Source of the DNA: a virus | Taxonomy: Duplodnaviria; Caudoviricetes | IMG/VR virus record: IMGVR_UViG_3300017788_000016 | Coordinates: 1,372-65,371 of that record | DNA length: 64,000 bases | Direction: 5' to 3' (one strand) | Part shown: in pieces, positions 18,799 through 28,533 of the stretch | Numbering within the stretch: position 1 is the first letter of the stretch | Layout: the number at the start of each line of letters is the position of its first letter | Translations under genes and position numbers: made by a program | The notes under the pieces: generated by a model | Databases searched by the model: none | The model's input: the letters and a program-made list of their open reading frames with translations, nothing else | What the model was told of the DNA's origin: nothing

Positions 18799-20703
18799 AT
18801 GAAATCATTCACATTGTCGCAGTTGGCAGAGGGCGTGCACCGCAGAAGTCTTGGTGCAGAGACTCCTCGTTTGCTTAAGAAGTGGGGTGCAACTGGCCTC
18901 CTTGAGGGTATGAAGGGCGTCTCTAGGGACAACATGGCCATTCTCCTTGAGAACCAGGCAGCCCAGATGCTCAAGGAGCAGAACAGCCTTTCCACTGGCG
19001 GTGGTAACCTCGTCAGCTCGGGTCAGGTTGTCGGCTTTACGAACGTCGCATTCCCTATCGTAAGAAGGGTTTTCGCCGGTCTTATCGCCAACTCCCTTGT
19101 GTCGGTTCAGCCAATGAGCCTTCCAACCGGTCTTCTGTTCTACCTCGACTACACCTACGGCTCGAACGTTGGTGGCGCAGCAGGTGTGACCCTTGACTCC
19201 GCTGCTGCATCCTCGGTTTACACCGATGGTCAGTCGGTGTTCAACAACCCAAGAGGCGCAGGAGTTCGCTCCGGTTCTCTTGCGGCTGGTGGCTACCATG
19301 ACCTCGTGGGCACGGGCTTCTCGAAGGTCCACAAGTTCAGCCAGCTCCTGTCGTCCTCGCTAGCCGATATCGGTTACTGGGCCTCGGGTTCTATCTGGAC
19401 GGCAGCCTCCACTGCAACCGTTGCAGGTGCGGCTGACTTCACCGGGTTCAATGCTCGCTATGCAGGCTATGACTCGAAGATCGAGACCGACCTCACGGAC
19501 GGCGTGCTTGACTTCTCGTTCATGATGCTCCCAACCTCGACCATCACCTCGACCATCACAGGCGCAGACCTTTCCAACCTTGACCAGATTGCCATCACTG
19601 GCTTCGGTACCCTAGGTGGTAGCGTTCAGGCCTGGGGCGAGCAGTACCAACAGGGTACGAACGTTCTCAACCTCCGTAAGCTGAACCGCAGAGGTAACTG
19701 GTCGTCCTCGACCGGTCTCTTCACGCCGGACCCACTTAACGGCTCGCACGTTCTCTTTGTGCTTCGTATCGCCAATGCAGGTACGAACCCACAGCCAGTT
19801 GCAGCAGCAACCTCGGGCTCCGCAGCAATCTCTGATTCGCTTAGCGTGAACTCCGATGGCGCAGCACTTACCATCCCAAGCTTCGAGTCTAACTTCGCAG
19901 TTGATGCGTCGCCAAAGATCCCAGAGGTCGATATCCGTATCGAGTCCACCTCGGTAACTGCAACGACCCGCAAGCTGCGTGCTCGTTGGTCGCCAGAAAT
20001 GGCTCAGGACCTTACGGCCTTCTACTCGATTGACATCGAGGTCGAGCTTACGAACATGCTCTCTGAGATGATCACTCTCGACATCGACCGTGAAATCCTT
20101 AACGACCTGCTTAGCCAGGCTGGCGCAGCAAACCTGTTCTGGTCCAGAGCCCCAGGCAAGATCGTTAACAAGGTCACCGGTGCAGAGGCTCTCCAGTCCA
20201 CCACCCTGGCCCCAGGCCCAATGGCATTCACCAACATCCAAGAGTGGTACCAGACCCTCATCGAGACCATCTCGGATGCAGGTAACACCATCTACAAGAA
20301 GACCCTCAGAGGTTCTGCAAACTTCCTGGTAACCAGCCCAGACGTGTGCACCATCCTTGAGCACCTTGTCTCGTACAAGGCCTCCTACCGTCTCGACAGC
20401 GACGGCCAGGTGAGAGACAGCATGTCGGTCGGCGCTGAGAGCGTTGGTACCCTTAACAACAGATACACTGTGTACAAGGATCCATACTTCCCAAGCAACA
20501 AGATCCTCGTTGGTCTTAAGGGCAACACCTTCCTCGAGAGCGGCTACATCTACGCCCCATACGTTCCGCTCATCATGTCGCCTGTGATCTATGCACAGGA
20601 AGACTTCACCCCACGCAAGGGCGTGATGACTCGCTACGGCAAGCGCATGGTCAGAAATGACTTCTACGCAACCGTGACGGTGCTCGATATGGCACTTATA
20701 TAG
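18799..20703 (+). CDS. major capsid protein (T4 gp23-like)
   Basis: KWGATGLLEG, AILLENQA, FPIVRRVF, VSVQPMSLPTGLLFYLDY, TRKLRARWSPEMAQDL, YAPYVPL, FTPRKGVMTRYG. Confidence 0.97.
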   Translation: MKSFTLSQLAEGVHRRSLGAETPRLLKKWGATGLLEGMKGVSRDNMAILLENQAAQMLKEQNSLSTGGGNLVSSGQVVGFTNVAFPIVRRVFAGLIANSLVSVQPMSLPTGLLFYLDYTYGSNVGGAAGVTLDSAAASSVYTDGQSVFNNPRGAGVRSGSLAAGGYHDLVGTGFSKVHKFSQLLSSSLADIGYWASGSIWTAASTATVAGAADFTGFNARYAGYDSKIETDLTDGVLDFSFMMLPTSTITSTITGADLSNLDQIAITGFGTLGGSVQAWGEQYQQGTNVLNLRKLNRRGNWSSSTGLFTPDPLNGSHVLFVLRIANAGTNPQPVAAATSGSAAISDSLSVNSDGAALTIPSFESNFAVDASPKIPEVDIRIESTSVTATTRKLRARWSPEMAQDLTAFYSIDIEVELTNMLSEMITLDIDREILNDLLSQAGAANLFWSRAPGKIVNKVTGAEALQSTTLAPGPMAFTNIQEWYQTLIETISDAGNTIYKKTLRGSANFLVTSPDVCTILEHLVSYKASYRLDSDGQVRDSMSVGAESVGTLNNRYTVYKDPYFPSNKILVGLKGNTFLESGYIYAPYVPLIMSPVIYAQEDFTPRKGVMTRYGKRMVRNDFYATVTVLDMALI

Positions 20704-20740
20704 GGCCTTTGACCTGAATACAGGTCAGCCATTCTGAACG

Positions 20741-20768
20741 AAGGCGGTATGAAAGTACCGCCTTTTTT
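20741..20768 (+). terminator. intrinsic terminator after the capsid gene
   Basis: AAGGCGGTAT-GAAA-GTACCGCCTT followed by a T-run. Confidence 0.85.
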
Positions 20769-20838
20769 CTTTTCTTATTCGTTTGACATGAACTATACAT
20801 TGGGACCTTCTGACATATGCTTTGTCTAGGAGGCTTCC

Positions 20839-21501
20839 ATGAAAGCAGTTTACCACGAAAAGGCAAATGAGGGCGGGGTGTATCGTATTTTGAACATTGT
20901 CAATGGCAAGGTTTACTACGGCTCCACCTATAGATTCAAAAAGCGATTTGACGGACACTTTGCTCAACTAGAGGCAGGAACACACGGCAACACTTACTTG
21001 CTAAATGAGTACAGAAAGTATGGTGCAAGCAACTTCATTTTTGAGGTGGTTGAAGCTGTGGAAAATGATGCGAAAAAGCGTCTTGCTGTTGAGCAAACCT
21101 ATCTAGACAAGTTCTATGACAACCAGAAGCAGTGCATGAATTTGCGAAAACAAGCTTGTGACTCTAGAATTGGTAAGAAACAGCGAGGTCCAAGCAATCG
21201 AGCAACAGATGGTCGCTGTAAGTCCCCCTCTCTGGAGGTTCTGCAAAAGAGGTCCAAGGGCCTCCGTGAGGCCATGTCCACCCCGGAGGCAAGGCAGAGG
21301 GCTAGGGATAACTGTAAGAATGGTCTATGGAAGAATCATAGCTCTGGTGTGACCCTAAGGAACATCCTCACCCAGGAGGAAGTGGTGGTTAAGGGTTCCC
21401 TAAGGGAGTTCGCCCTAACCAGAGGCTTGAGCTACAAGGCTCTTCACCTTATGGTAAATGGAAAAACCAAGAGTAGTGGAGGATGGGCCAGAACAATTTG
21501 A
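20839..21501 (+). CDS. free-standing GIY-YIG homing endonuclease
   Basis: GGVYRILNIVNGKVYYGST...RF...H...FEVVE...EQ.Y...N; C-terminal GKTKSSGGW DNA-binding repeat. Confidence 0.88.
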   Translation: MKAVYHEKANEGGVYRILNIVNGKVYYGSTYRFKKRFDGHFAQLEAGTHGNTYLLNEYRKYGASNFIFEVVEAVENDAKKRLAVEQTYLDKFYDNQKQCMNLRKQACDSRIGKKQRGPSNRATDGRCKSPSLEVLQKRSKGLREAMSTPEARQRARDNCKNGLWKNHSSGVTLRNILTQEEVVVKGSLREFALTRGLSYKALHLMVNGKTKSSGGWARTI

Positions 21502-21567
21502 CTCGGCAACCAAAACACCTCACAGAAATGTCTAAAACAACCTTTTCGGCTGTGCAATACTTGCACT

Positions 21568-22902
21568 ATGGCCCCACCCATCAGAATGCCTCCTCCAATT
21601 GAAATTCAACGCCTAACGGCGTGGCTGCAACTTCTGATTTCCTTTGGTATTCTGTGCTATTTCGTCTCCTGTCTAGGTGGTTGCGTGCGGAGACCTGACA
21701 TTCCAGAGGACGCCTCGGTTGTGGTGGATGTTCATTTCTCACCTGATGCCGTCCCTTGCGATCCAATGGATCCAGAGAGTCTAGCCATAGACTTCTATAA
21801 CTGTGGTCGGTGTGGAAGAACCTGCGACCCAATTGTGGCCGACAACTGTGAGAGTGGAGTTTGTAGATGCGGAAATGATCCACCCTGCAATCCTCTTACT
21901 CAGGGTTGTCGGTTTGGTCTTTGCAGAGACGTTGATTCCTCGGGTAGAATTTGTGAGTTTGATGGAAACTGCCCAGGCGGTCTTGGAGGTGGCTTCGGGT
22001 GCATTGCAGGACACTGCACCAGAATTGCATGCACACCAGAACAGTGTGACGGACTCGACAATGACTGCGATGGAACGGTTGATGGAACTGTCTCTGGGCC
22101 CCTTGCAAGGTTCTGCTATAGCAGAAACGAAGGTGTTGAAACCATTTTGCCACCTCCATGTGAGAGAGGGGTTCAGTTGTGCGTTATGGGTGAGTGGACC
22201 GAGTGTGAGGGTGCGATTCCTCCTAGATCCGAGGCAGGTACCTTTGCCTGCGATGGTATCGACAACAATTGTGACGGATGCATTGACTCCAATATGGTGG
22301 GAGACATGTGCAGTCTTCCGGTAACCCCGCCCTTCGACATTGTATATGCCATCGATTCCTCAGGTAGTATGGCGGACGTTACAAACACCGTAATCAATGC
22401 CACCAGAGCTTTCTCTGATCGTTTCGCAATGAACCCGAACTTTCGATTTGCCATTGTCTTGGTTCCGGGTGGAGCCGAGGAGGTTGGTGTTGGGGTTGCA
22501 CAGAGCTACATTCTCAGTCCCCTTGTTTCTTATGACGTTTTCATCCGGCTTCTCATTCCAGAGAACATTCCCTTGACTGCTGGTCTTGAGCCCACATGGG
22601 ATGTTGTCTATGAGCTTGGAACTGGAGAATTGGATGTTGGATGGAGACCCGGTGCTGCCAGAATCATCGTTCTCTTTACAGATGAGCACGGGCAGTCCTA
22701 TAGGTCGGTTGGTGTGGATGAGGTAGACATGTGCCGTGCTCTCACAAACGGAGAATCCCTCTACTACTTCTCAGAGCTTGAGGATCGTGAGGATTGGGAT
22801 GATTGTGGTACTTGGTCTCCTCTTACCAACGTGTATGAGCAAGTGCTTATGGATCTCAATCGAGTCATTGCCGATCCTTGCAACCATCGCTCGACCCCCT
22901 AA
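21568..22902 (+). CDS. Cys-rich vWA-domain protein, probable lipoprotein
   Basis: Hydrophobic signal ending SCLGGC; NCGRCGRTC; two CDG(L/I)DN(D/N)CDG repeats; MIDAS DIVYAIDSSGSM and IVLFTDE. Confidence 0.8.
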   Translation: MAPPIRMPPPIEIQRLTAWLQLLISFGILCYFVSCLGGCVRRPDIPEDASVVVDVHFSPDAVPCDPMDPESLAIDFYNCGRCGRTCDPIVADNCESGVCRCGNDPPCNPLTQGCRFGLCRDVDSSGRICEFDGNCPGGLGGGFGCIAGHCTRIACTPEQCDGLDNDCDGTVDGTVSGPLARFCYSRNEGVETILPPPCERGVQLCVMGEWTECEGAIPPRSEAGTFACDGIDNNCDGCIDSNMVGDMCSLPVTPPFDIVYAIDSSGSMADVTNTVINATRAFSDRFAMNPNFRFAIVLVPGGAEEVGVGVAQSYILSPLVSYDVFIRLLIPENIPLTAGLEPTWDVVYELGTGELDVGWRPGAARIIVLFTDEHGQSYRSVGVDEVDMCRALTNGESLYYFSELEDREDWDDCGTWSPLTNVYEQVLMDLNRVIADPCNHRSTP

Positions 22903-22912
22903 AATCCTGGGC

Positions 22913-22950
22913 AAAAAACGCTTTAATCTCTTGATGAGGTGTGCTACACT
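22913..22950 (+). promoter_or_regulatory. early/middle-type promoter (A-tract, CTTTAA...GTGCTACACT)
   Basis: Same architecture recurs at ~21532-21561, ~25584-25622 and ~45138-45174. Confidence 0.6.
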
Positions 22951-22985
22951 AATGGTGTAACCCTATACCCTTTAGTGGAGCATCC

Positions 22986-23813
22986 GTGACCGCCCGCCGA
23001 CAGCGTACCCGAACCCAAAAAGCCGAGGCGCTTCTTAAGAAGCACAATGGAGAGGTCAGAATTGACAACGTTCTTTTTGTTCCCGTCAATTCTCCTAGGC
23101 GAAACTCGGATGGAACATTCGAGGGTGTCCTTATGCAGGCCCCGTGGGGTCACTGCCTAACGAGCACCACGACGGATTGGGACCAGGGCCCTTACCATCG
23201 TGGGCATCCTTTTGGGTACGAAATCATTGTTCCCTATCGGCGCATGACCGATAACCCACCTAAGCTCTGGGGCCAGCCTGTTCATTATAGGGAAATTTGC
23301 TCTCCTGAGGATCCTGAGGTTCGCTGGTTCTGCATGCAGCGGCTTTTTAGCATAGAACGGGACATGCCGGATTCCTTTGACGCAAAGCAGAAGAGACGTG
23401 TTTTCGACGCTTGCGACGAATTCGTCCAAATGTATTTGAGTCTCGACAAGGAGCGAGAAGAGCGCCAATTGGAACAACGTGCCAAGCGGGCTGGTTTCGA
23501 TAGCGTTGAGGACTATGCCAAGAACCTTGAGGAGCAGATCGAGGCTCGGAAGTATCTGAAGCAGGCCTCAAAGCAGGTAAAGCTCTATTTCAAACTCAAA
23601 AAGGAACTTTCTGCCTTTGAGAGTCATCAGGCAAGAATCATGTCTGGCGATACCTCTCATGTTCTGAACAGGGAAATGCTCAGGACGCTTTCCAATGCCA
23701 TTAGCAAATTGACTCAAGTCAATAGAGTGCTTGGTCGATTTCGCAATGATGTACCTGATCCTGAAGTCTATAGACTTCAAAAAACTCTAGGATCTCTGGT
23801 GAGGAGCAAGTAA
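22986..23813 (+). CDS. hypothetical protein (paralog family member 1)
   Basis: 275 aa; AKRAGFDSVEDYAKNLEE coiled segment. Confidence 0.7.
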   Translation: MTARRQRTRTQKAEALLKKHNGEVRIDNVLFVPVNSPRRNSDGTFEGVLMQAPWGHCLTSTTTDWDQGPYHRGHPFGYEIIVPYRRMTDNPPKLWGQPVHYREICSPEDPEVRWFCMQRLFSIERDMPDSFDAKQKRRVFDACDEFVQMYLSLDKEREERQLEQRAKRAGFDSVEDYAKNLEEQIEARKYLKQASKQVKLYFKLKKELSAFESHQARIMSGDTSHVLNREMLRTLSNAISKLTQVNRVLGRFRNDVPDPEVYRLQKTLGSLVRSK

Positions 23814-24526
23814 TGGGATATCGTAGCACGATTCAAACCGACGAGTGTCGTGGTGGTTGGGAATTTGCACCTCACAACGACACATGTCTTACGCAGTGGT
23901 CAAGTGTCTTTAGTAGGGCCTATGGGCGTTTTACAGTTCGCTATAGTGTTGGGTGGCAGGAGAATGATTGCTGTGCCGTTTTTTGGAATGAGGACGGTGT
24001 ACAAATCGCCAACTATCTCATTTGCGATGATCCCAAAATGGAGCTGGCCCGACTCCGCCTGGCAGGCGCATATCGCGCCCGGATGCCGCCCAGCTTCATG
24101 GCACGGCTTCCTAGACCGAATGTTGTTAGGTCCTTCACCGCAGAGGAAGGTAAGGAATTTGTTGAGGCCGTTCTAGCTGACAAGGCGGCTTTCCTTAAGG
24201 CCAAGAGGCTAGAAGCTAAAAAGGCTCAGGAAGAAGAAGCCAAGAACCTAGGCTTGAGCCTAGTGGACTACAAGAAGAAACGGGGTCAGGAACGAAAGGA
24301 GAGGATCCTTGAGGCCCGTGCCGCTCGAGCCGAGGAAACTGTGGATGCCCTCCTCAGGATCACGCCTCACATTACCCGGCTTAAGGATGCCATGGCCCGC
24401 TTTGAAAAGGCATGCCTTGAGTGTGGCGAACTTAACATGAAGAACATTGATCCCACCATTGAACGGCTGACATATGTCACCAAGCGAGTCAATGGATGGG
24501 CAAAGTACAAAAAGAACGGAGAATGA
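23813..24526 (+). CDS. hypothetical protein (paralog family member 2)
   Basis: 237 aa; TAATG overlap; AKNLGLSLVDYKKKR. Confidence 0.7.
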   Translation: MGYRSTIQTDECRGGWEFAPHNDTCLTQWSSVFSRAYGRFTVRYSVGWQENDCCAVFWNEDGVQIANYLICDDPKMELARLRLAGAYRARMPPSFMARLPRPNVVRSFTAEEGKEFVEAVLADKAAFLKAKRLEAKKAQEEEAKNLGLSLVDYKKKRGQERKERILEARAARAEETVDALLRITPHITRLKDAMARFEKACLECGELNMKNIDPTIERLTYVTKRVNGWAKYKKNGE

Positions 24527-24529
24527 AAT

Positions 24530-25345
24530 ATGCCTGTGCTGCTTGAAGACGAACAGCTTTCTTACAAATATTCCTCGATCAATTCCTCGATCAGGTTTTC
24601 GTGCGACACCTCATACTGGTCTGTGCTCCCCGGAGCCTTGAATCAAACCATCGACTATGGGGATTGGACAATTTCTGCTGAGGACATGTCTAAACGGCTT
24701 GTAAGTATCTATTCGTACTCTTCTCGCAAGGCCTACAAGCTGACGATCCTGAATCGTTTCAGTCAGGCCCGCTATGATGTGTGGTTTGATTCTTGTCGTC
24801 TGTGTAGGGAGCGTCTTCCGGCCCTTTGTGTTCCTAACAATTCAAATGAATATACGGTCCAAAGTGCCTGGCGTGTGAAGCTTCTTGCGACGCATGTACC
24901 TCCGCATCCCGTGATCTCAAAGGAAGTCTGGTTTAACCTTCTGGACACCATCGAGGAGGTCAAGAAGAAGGAGTGTGCCCAGCGCCGAAAGGAAATGGAT
25001 AAGGCCCGTAAGCAGAAGCTCGACAAAGAGCTAGCCGCAAATGGGCAAAGCCTTGAGGAATACCGCAAGGAGAAGCTGGAGGCCCGTGAGGAAAAGAGGC
25101 AGACCGTAAGTAACACCAAGGAAGCGAAGTATGTAGAAAAGCTGGCCGAGGTGGTTCAGGTTATGCGTAAGCTGGACAGTCACGTCATGCGTTTCAAGCA
25201 GATTGTGGAAGCCAGCAACGAAAATGAGAAGATTGTCCTTCCTCCTAGCCTTATTGGCTTCAAGAACAAGATTTGCCTTGCTGAGTTGGCAATTTCCAGG
25301 ATCCTTCCGGTAGATCCCGACAAGGCCAAGAAAAAGAGGAAATGA
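24530..25345 (+). CDS. hypothetical protein (paralog family member 3)
   Basis: 271 aa; LAANGQSLEEYRKEK. Confidence 0.7.
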   Translation: MPVLLEDEQLSYKYSSINSSIRFSCDTSYWSVLPGALNQTIDYGDWTISAEDMSKRLVSIYSYSSRKAYKLTILNRFSQARYDVWFDSCRLCRERLPALCVPNNSNEYTVQSAWRVKLLATHVPPHPVISKEVWFNLLDTIEEVKKKECAQRRKEMDKARKQKLDKELAANGQSLEEYRKEKLEAREEKRQTVSNTKEAKYVEKLAEVVQVMRKLDSHVMRFKQIVEASNENEKIVLPPSLIGFKNKICLAELAISRILPVDPDKAKKKRK

Positions 25346-25360
25346 CTTAAGCTTAAGGAA

Positions 25361-25582
25361 ATGTGCCAGGCCAAGGGCCGGGTTTGGGACAGTGAGCCCA
25401 TTTCCTTCCAGAGAGGGCGTTGCGTCTATCGTGAATCCTACCTGCACCCCGTGATGCAGGTTGCTCGCAGTCGTTGGGCAGTTGACAACGACATTCCCAT
25501 CTTCTCCAAGGATCCTTCTTTTGTGAAGAAGTACCTGGCAACTCTGAACGTTTCTGAGGGGGAAGATAGCGAAAACCCTTAG
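25361..25582 (+). CDS. hypothetical protein
   Basis: 73-aa ORF following the paralog run. Confidence 0.45.
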   Translation: MCQAKGRVWDSEPISFQRGRCVYRESYLHPVMQVARSRWAVDNDIPIFSKDPSFVKKYLATLNVSEGEDSENP

Positions 25583-25583
25583 G

Positions 25584-25622
25584 AAAAAAAGCTCTAAAGT
25601 CTAAGACCGGGCGTGCTATACT
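25584..25622 (+). promoter_or_regulatory. early/middle-type promoter (A-tract, CTCTAAA...GTGCTATACT)
   Basis: GGGCGTGCTATACT is identical to 45161-45174; extended -10 TGnTATACT. Confidence 0.65.
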
Positions 25623-25850
25623 GGTAATATGACCAACCAGGCCAGCACGCCCGATTTTTTTGATCGGTTTCTTCCCATGGTTCGCAATCTCCGAAACTAC
25701 ATGTCCGACACGGATGTGGCTCGGAGGCTTGTCGAGGAGCACAAACTTTGAGGTGCGCCTCAGTAATGGTCAAAGCTACGCTGCCTACTATGTGGACATT
25801 CGATACAAGACCACTCCTATTTGAAGGCAAGCCAACAAAGGCAAACTAAC

Positions 25851-26522
25851 ATGGAAAACGAAAATTCCCCGGTGGAGGGTGGCCGGTACAAGTATCCTAG
25901 CACCCCTCACCTTCCCTGGTCGCCTGGACTGAGCCAGGACGACACCAAGCTCTCCAATACAAAGAAGTTTGAGAACCAGATTGTGGTTGTGACCGAGAAG
26001 ATGGACGGTGAGAACACCTCCATGTACACGGATCATATCCATGCTCGTTCCCTTGACAGCGGCTATCACCCGAGCCGTACTTGGGTGAAGCAGCTTTGGG
26101 CACAGATCCGCCATGACATTCCTAAGGGATGGCGGATCTGCGGAGAGAACCTCTATGCCCGTCACTCCATTGCCTATGAAAACCTGCCTTCCTTCTTTGA
26201 GGTTTTCTCGGTATGGAATGAAAAAAACGAGTGCCTTTCCTGGGAGAATACCCTGGAGTGGTGCCAGCTTTTGGGCCTTAATCACGTCCCGGTGCTCTAC
26301 CACGGACCCTGGGATGAAAACGTCGTGCGGGCTTCCTATAACCCCGAGCAGGAATCCAATAATAAGGAAGGCTATGTGGTCCGGGTGGCCCAGGGCTTTC
26401 CCTATAAGGATTTTGCGAAAAACATGGCGAAGTACGTCCGAGCCAACCATGTGCAGACCTCGAATCACTGGATGTTTGAGCAGGTTGTTCCCAATGGTCT
26501 CAATCCCCTCAACCTCAAATGA
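25851..26522 (+). CDS. ATP-dependent RNA ligase family protein
   Basis: KYPSTPHLPWSPG; motif I TEKMDGENT; ICGENL; EGYVVR; AKYVR. Confidence 0.85.
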   Translation: MENENSPVEGGRYKYPSTPHLPWSPGLSQDDTKLSNTKKFENQIVVVTEKMDGENTSMYTDHIHARSLDSGYHPSRTWVKQLWAQIRHDIPKGWRICGENLYARHSIAYENLPSFFEVFSVWNEKNECLSWENTLEWCQLLGLNHVPVLYHGPWDENVVRASYNPEQESNNKEGYVVRVAQGFPYKDFAKNMAKYVRANHVQTSNHWMFEQVVPNGLNPLNLK

Positions 26523-26537
26523 GGAGGAGTCCTCAAA

Positions 26538-27143
26538 GTGAAAATCTGGAGAGGAATCGATCTTAAACCCGGTCTGGAAGTGGTGATGGCGCTTCCAGAT
26601 CCCAACTTTCTTGATCTGAGGTGCGAGAAGCTCTCGCATTTCAGAATGGTGGTTTCATATCCTTCAAGTTCGATTCTTTTCAAGAATCGAATCGCAAACA
26701 ACGAATATGACAAGAGTGTCGTGTACTTCGGCTGTGATGTTTCGGTTTACCGTGGCGTTACAATGACCATGAATGCCGCTAGTTCAAGCGCCGTGCCTTC
26801 CCTGCGCTGCAATTTTGAGCCAACAGAGCTTCGACCAGGGATTTTCGGTATCTCTTTAGTTTACCTGGGAATCCAGGAAATTTGTATGATGGGCATGGAA
26901 TCCTTCAAACTGATGAAGATGAACCATGATAGGTACGGAGCAAAGTTTGATCACAAAGGATTCTATGAGCGATCTTGGGACTGCCGCAAGACAGAACGAT
27001 TGGTGTTCTTGACAGGCCATACCGTTGGAGTCCCACAATTGATTTCTGTTGAAAGTGAAAGTGCAGAGGACTTGATGCGTTCATTGACCGTTCCAATGGA
27101 ACGTTTGGATGAGTTCTGTCGGGCACGGGGTTGGCTGAAGTAG
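26538..27143 (+). CDS. hypothetical protein
   Basis: 201 aa; GAGGAG RBS; GTG start. Confidence 0.6.
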   Translation: MKIWRGIDLKPGLEVVMALPDPNFLDLRCEKLSHFRMVVSYPSSSILFKNRIANNEYDKSVVYFGCDVSVYRGVTMTMNAASSSAVPSLRCNFEPTELRPGIFGISLVYLGIQEICMMGMESFKLMKMNHDRYGAKFDHKGFYERSWDCRKTERLVFLTGHTVGVPQLISVESESAEDLMRSLTVPMERLDEFCRARGWLK

Positions 27144-27164
27144 TCCCGATTGGGAGTAGGTACT

Positions 27165-27857
27165 ATGAGCCCCTATAGAGAATCCGCAGAAAAGCCCACT
27201 CCTCAGGAGTTCCCTAAGAGCTCCAGGGGTAGGGCCTTTTTAGATCATCTAAGGCGGGTTGTCATTTCAACCATGGCCAAAGGGATGAAGGACTATACTG
27301 GAAATTGGAAGTGTGCTATCTGTGGCAATCCTGTTCGGCAAGGTGCCAAGACTCGCGAAGAGTTTCATCGCCAGTACATTCCAACTGGTCGCTCGCCGTT
27401 CGAGTGGCGTTGGATTTGCCACAAGAAGGAGTGCGCACCCACGTTGAACGTAATAGCACCCCACTCATCTTTGCCTCTACTTAGAAAGACGATGAGTTCC
27501 TATCATAAGACAATCAGTGCTACCCTTGGTGGAGCACCAGTCGTTCTAGAAGTTCTCCGAAGCTCAAAGGACCATGAGACCGGGTTCATGCACAGGCCTA
27601 GGCCCTCTGCTTCCAATCATGGCCTTTTGTTCGTCTATGGAGCCCCGAGGATGCTTGGCTTCTGGATGAAGAACGTTTCCTTTGACATTGACCTCATCGC
27701 TCTTGACTCTGCCAGCCGGGTATTTCAGATTGAAACCCTTAAGGCCGGAGACGAGAGGATCGTCAACATTCGATTCCCATGCGCCAAGGCAATTGAGTTG
27801 CCTGCTGGGTTTTGTGCCGCCAATGGGATTGGCAAGGGTTCTCAGTTCACGGTTTAG
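27165..27857 (+). CDS. DUF192-family protein (probably expressed from internal ATG 27492) in frame with an upstream Zn-finger-like ORF
   Basis: C-terminal GFMHR...GLLFVY...FWMKNVSFDIDLIALD...AIELPAG fits DUF192; N-terminal part has CAICG...ICHKKEC; TACTTA at 27478 precedes ATG 27492. Confidence 0.7.
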   Translation: MSPYRESAEKPTPQEFPKSSRGRAFLDHLRRVVISTMAKGMKDYTGNWKCAICGNPVRQGAKTREEFHRQYIPTGRSPFEWRWICHKKECAPTLNVIAPHSSLPLLRKTMSSYHKTISATLGGAPVVLEVLRSSKDHETGFMHRPRPSASNHGLLFVYGAPRMLGFWMKNVSFDIDLIALDSASRVFQIETLKAGDERIVNIRFPCAKAIELPAGFCAANGIGKGSQFTV

Positions 27858-28492
27858 GTGCCCTGGTGGGGCTTCCGGTGCTTGATGAGCTTGGTGATGA
27901 TCTTGGTCCCTGGAACCAGTGGTTCTAGGGCCTTTACTTCTTTGATGTTCTTCTCGGAGTCATCGAAAAACTCGATCACGTCATAGTGGAATTTCTTGAT
28001 GACGTAAAGGATCCACTGCGCCTTGGCATGTGGGTCACTGTCGCCCAGGGCCACGATAGGGATGCGTGGAATTTCGAGGAGATCGAAGAATTTCTCCACG
28101 GGCTTCTTGCTGGCCCTGGCAGTCAGAATTACGGCCGCATTCACACCATGCTTGTTGATAACCCTTTTGAGGATCTTGGTCATCCACTGAATCTCAGAGG
28201 GCTTAACCAAGTCCTGGAAGTGGCTGTAGTCAAAAACGTCCCCGGGCTCTTTGTTGTAGACCGCATATTGGCCCGGCGTAAGCTCTATCTCTGAGCCATC
28301 GGCCTTGGTTATCTTGATTCTGCTTTGGGTTTGAACAAGCGTGTCATCAAAGTCAAACACCCTGAGCTTCCTCTTTGCCTTGGCAGCCTGGCTAAGGGTG
28401 GATGGAACCTCCTCCTCCTCCTCCCTCGTGTCCTTTCTGAGACTTTCATGGATAATGTTGGATATCAGGGTCCTGAGCAGATTCTTGTCCAT
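27854..28492 (-). CDS. HAD-superfamily phosphatase (polynucleotide 3'-phosphatase-like)
   Basis: Motif I VFDFDDTL; motif II ILTAR; motif III K; motif IV FFDDSEKNI. Confidence 0.82.
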   Translation of the reverse strand: MDKNLLRTLISNIIHESLRKDTREEEEEVPSTLSQAAKAKRKLRVFDFDDTLVQTQSRIKITKADGSEIELTPGQYAVYNKEPGDVFDYSHFQDLVKPSEIQWMTKILKRVINKHGVNAAVILTARASKKPVEKFFDLLEIPRIPIVALGDSDPHAKAQWILYVIKKFHYDVIEFFDDSEKNIKEVKALEPLVPGTKIITKLIKHRKPHQGT

Positions 28493-28533
28493 ATAGATGT
28501 AATGCTTGCGGCCATGGATAATTAGAAAGCAAG

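Noticed and set aside
25629-25824. Small ORF after the 25613 promoter, possibly frameshifted at a T7 run
   Set aside because: It gives 40 aa as written or about 64 aa with one T fewer; neither has recognisable motifs, so it cannot be supported
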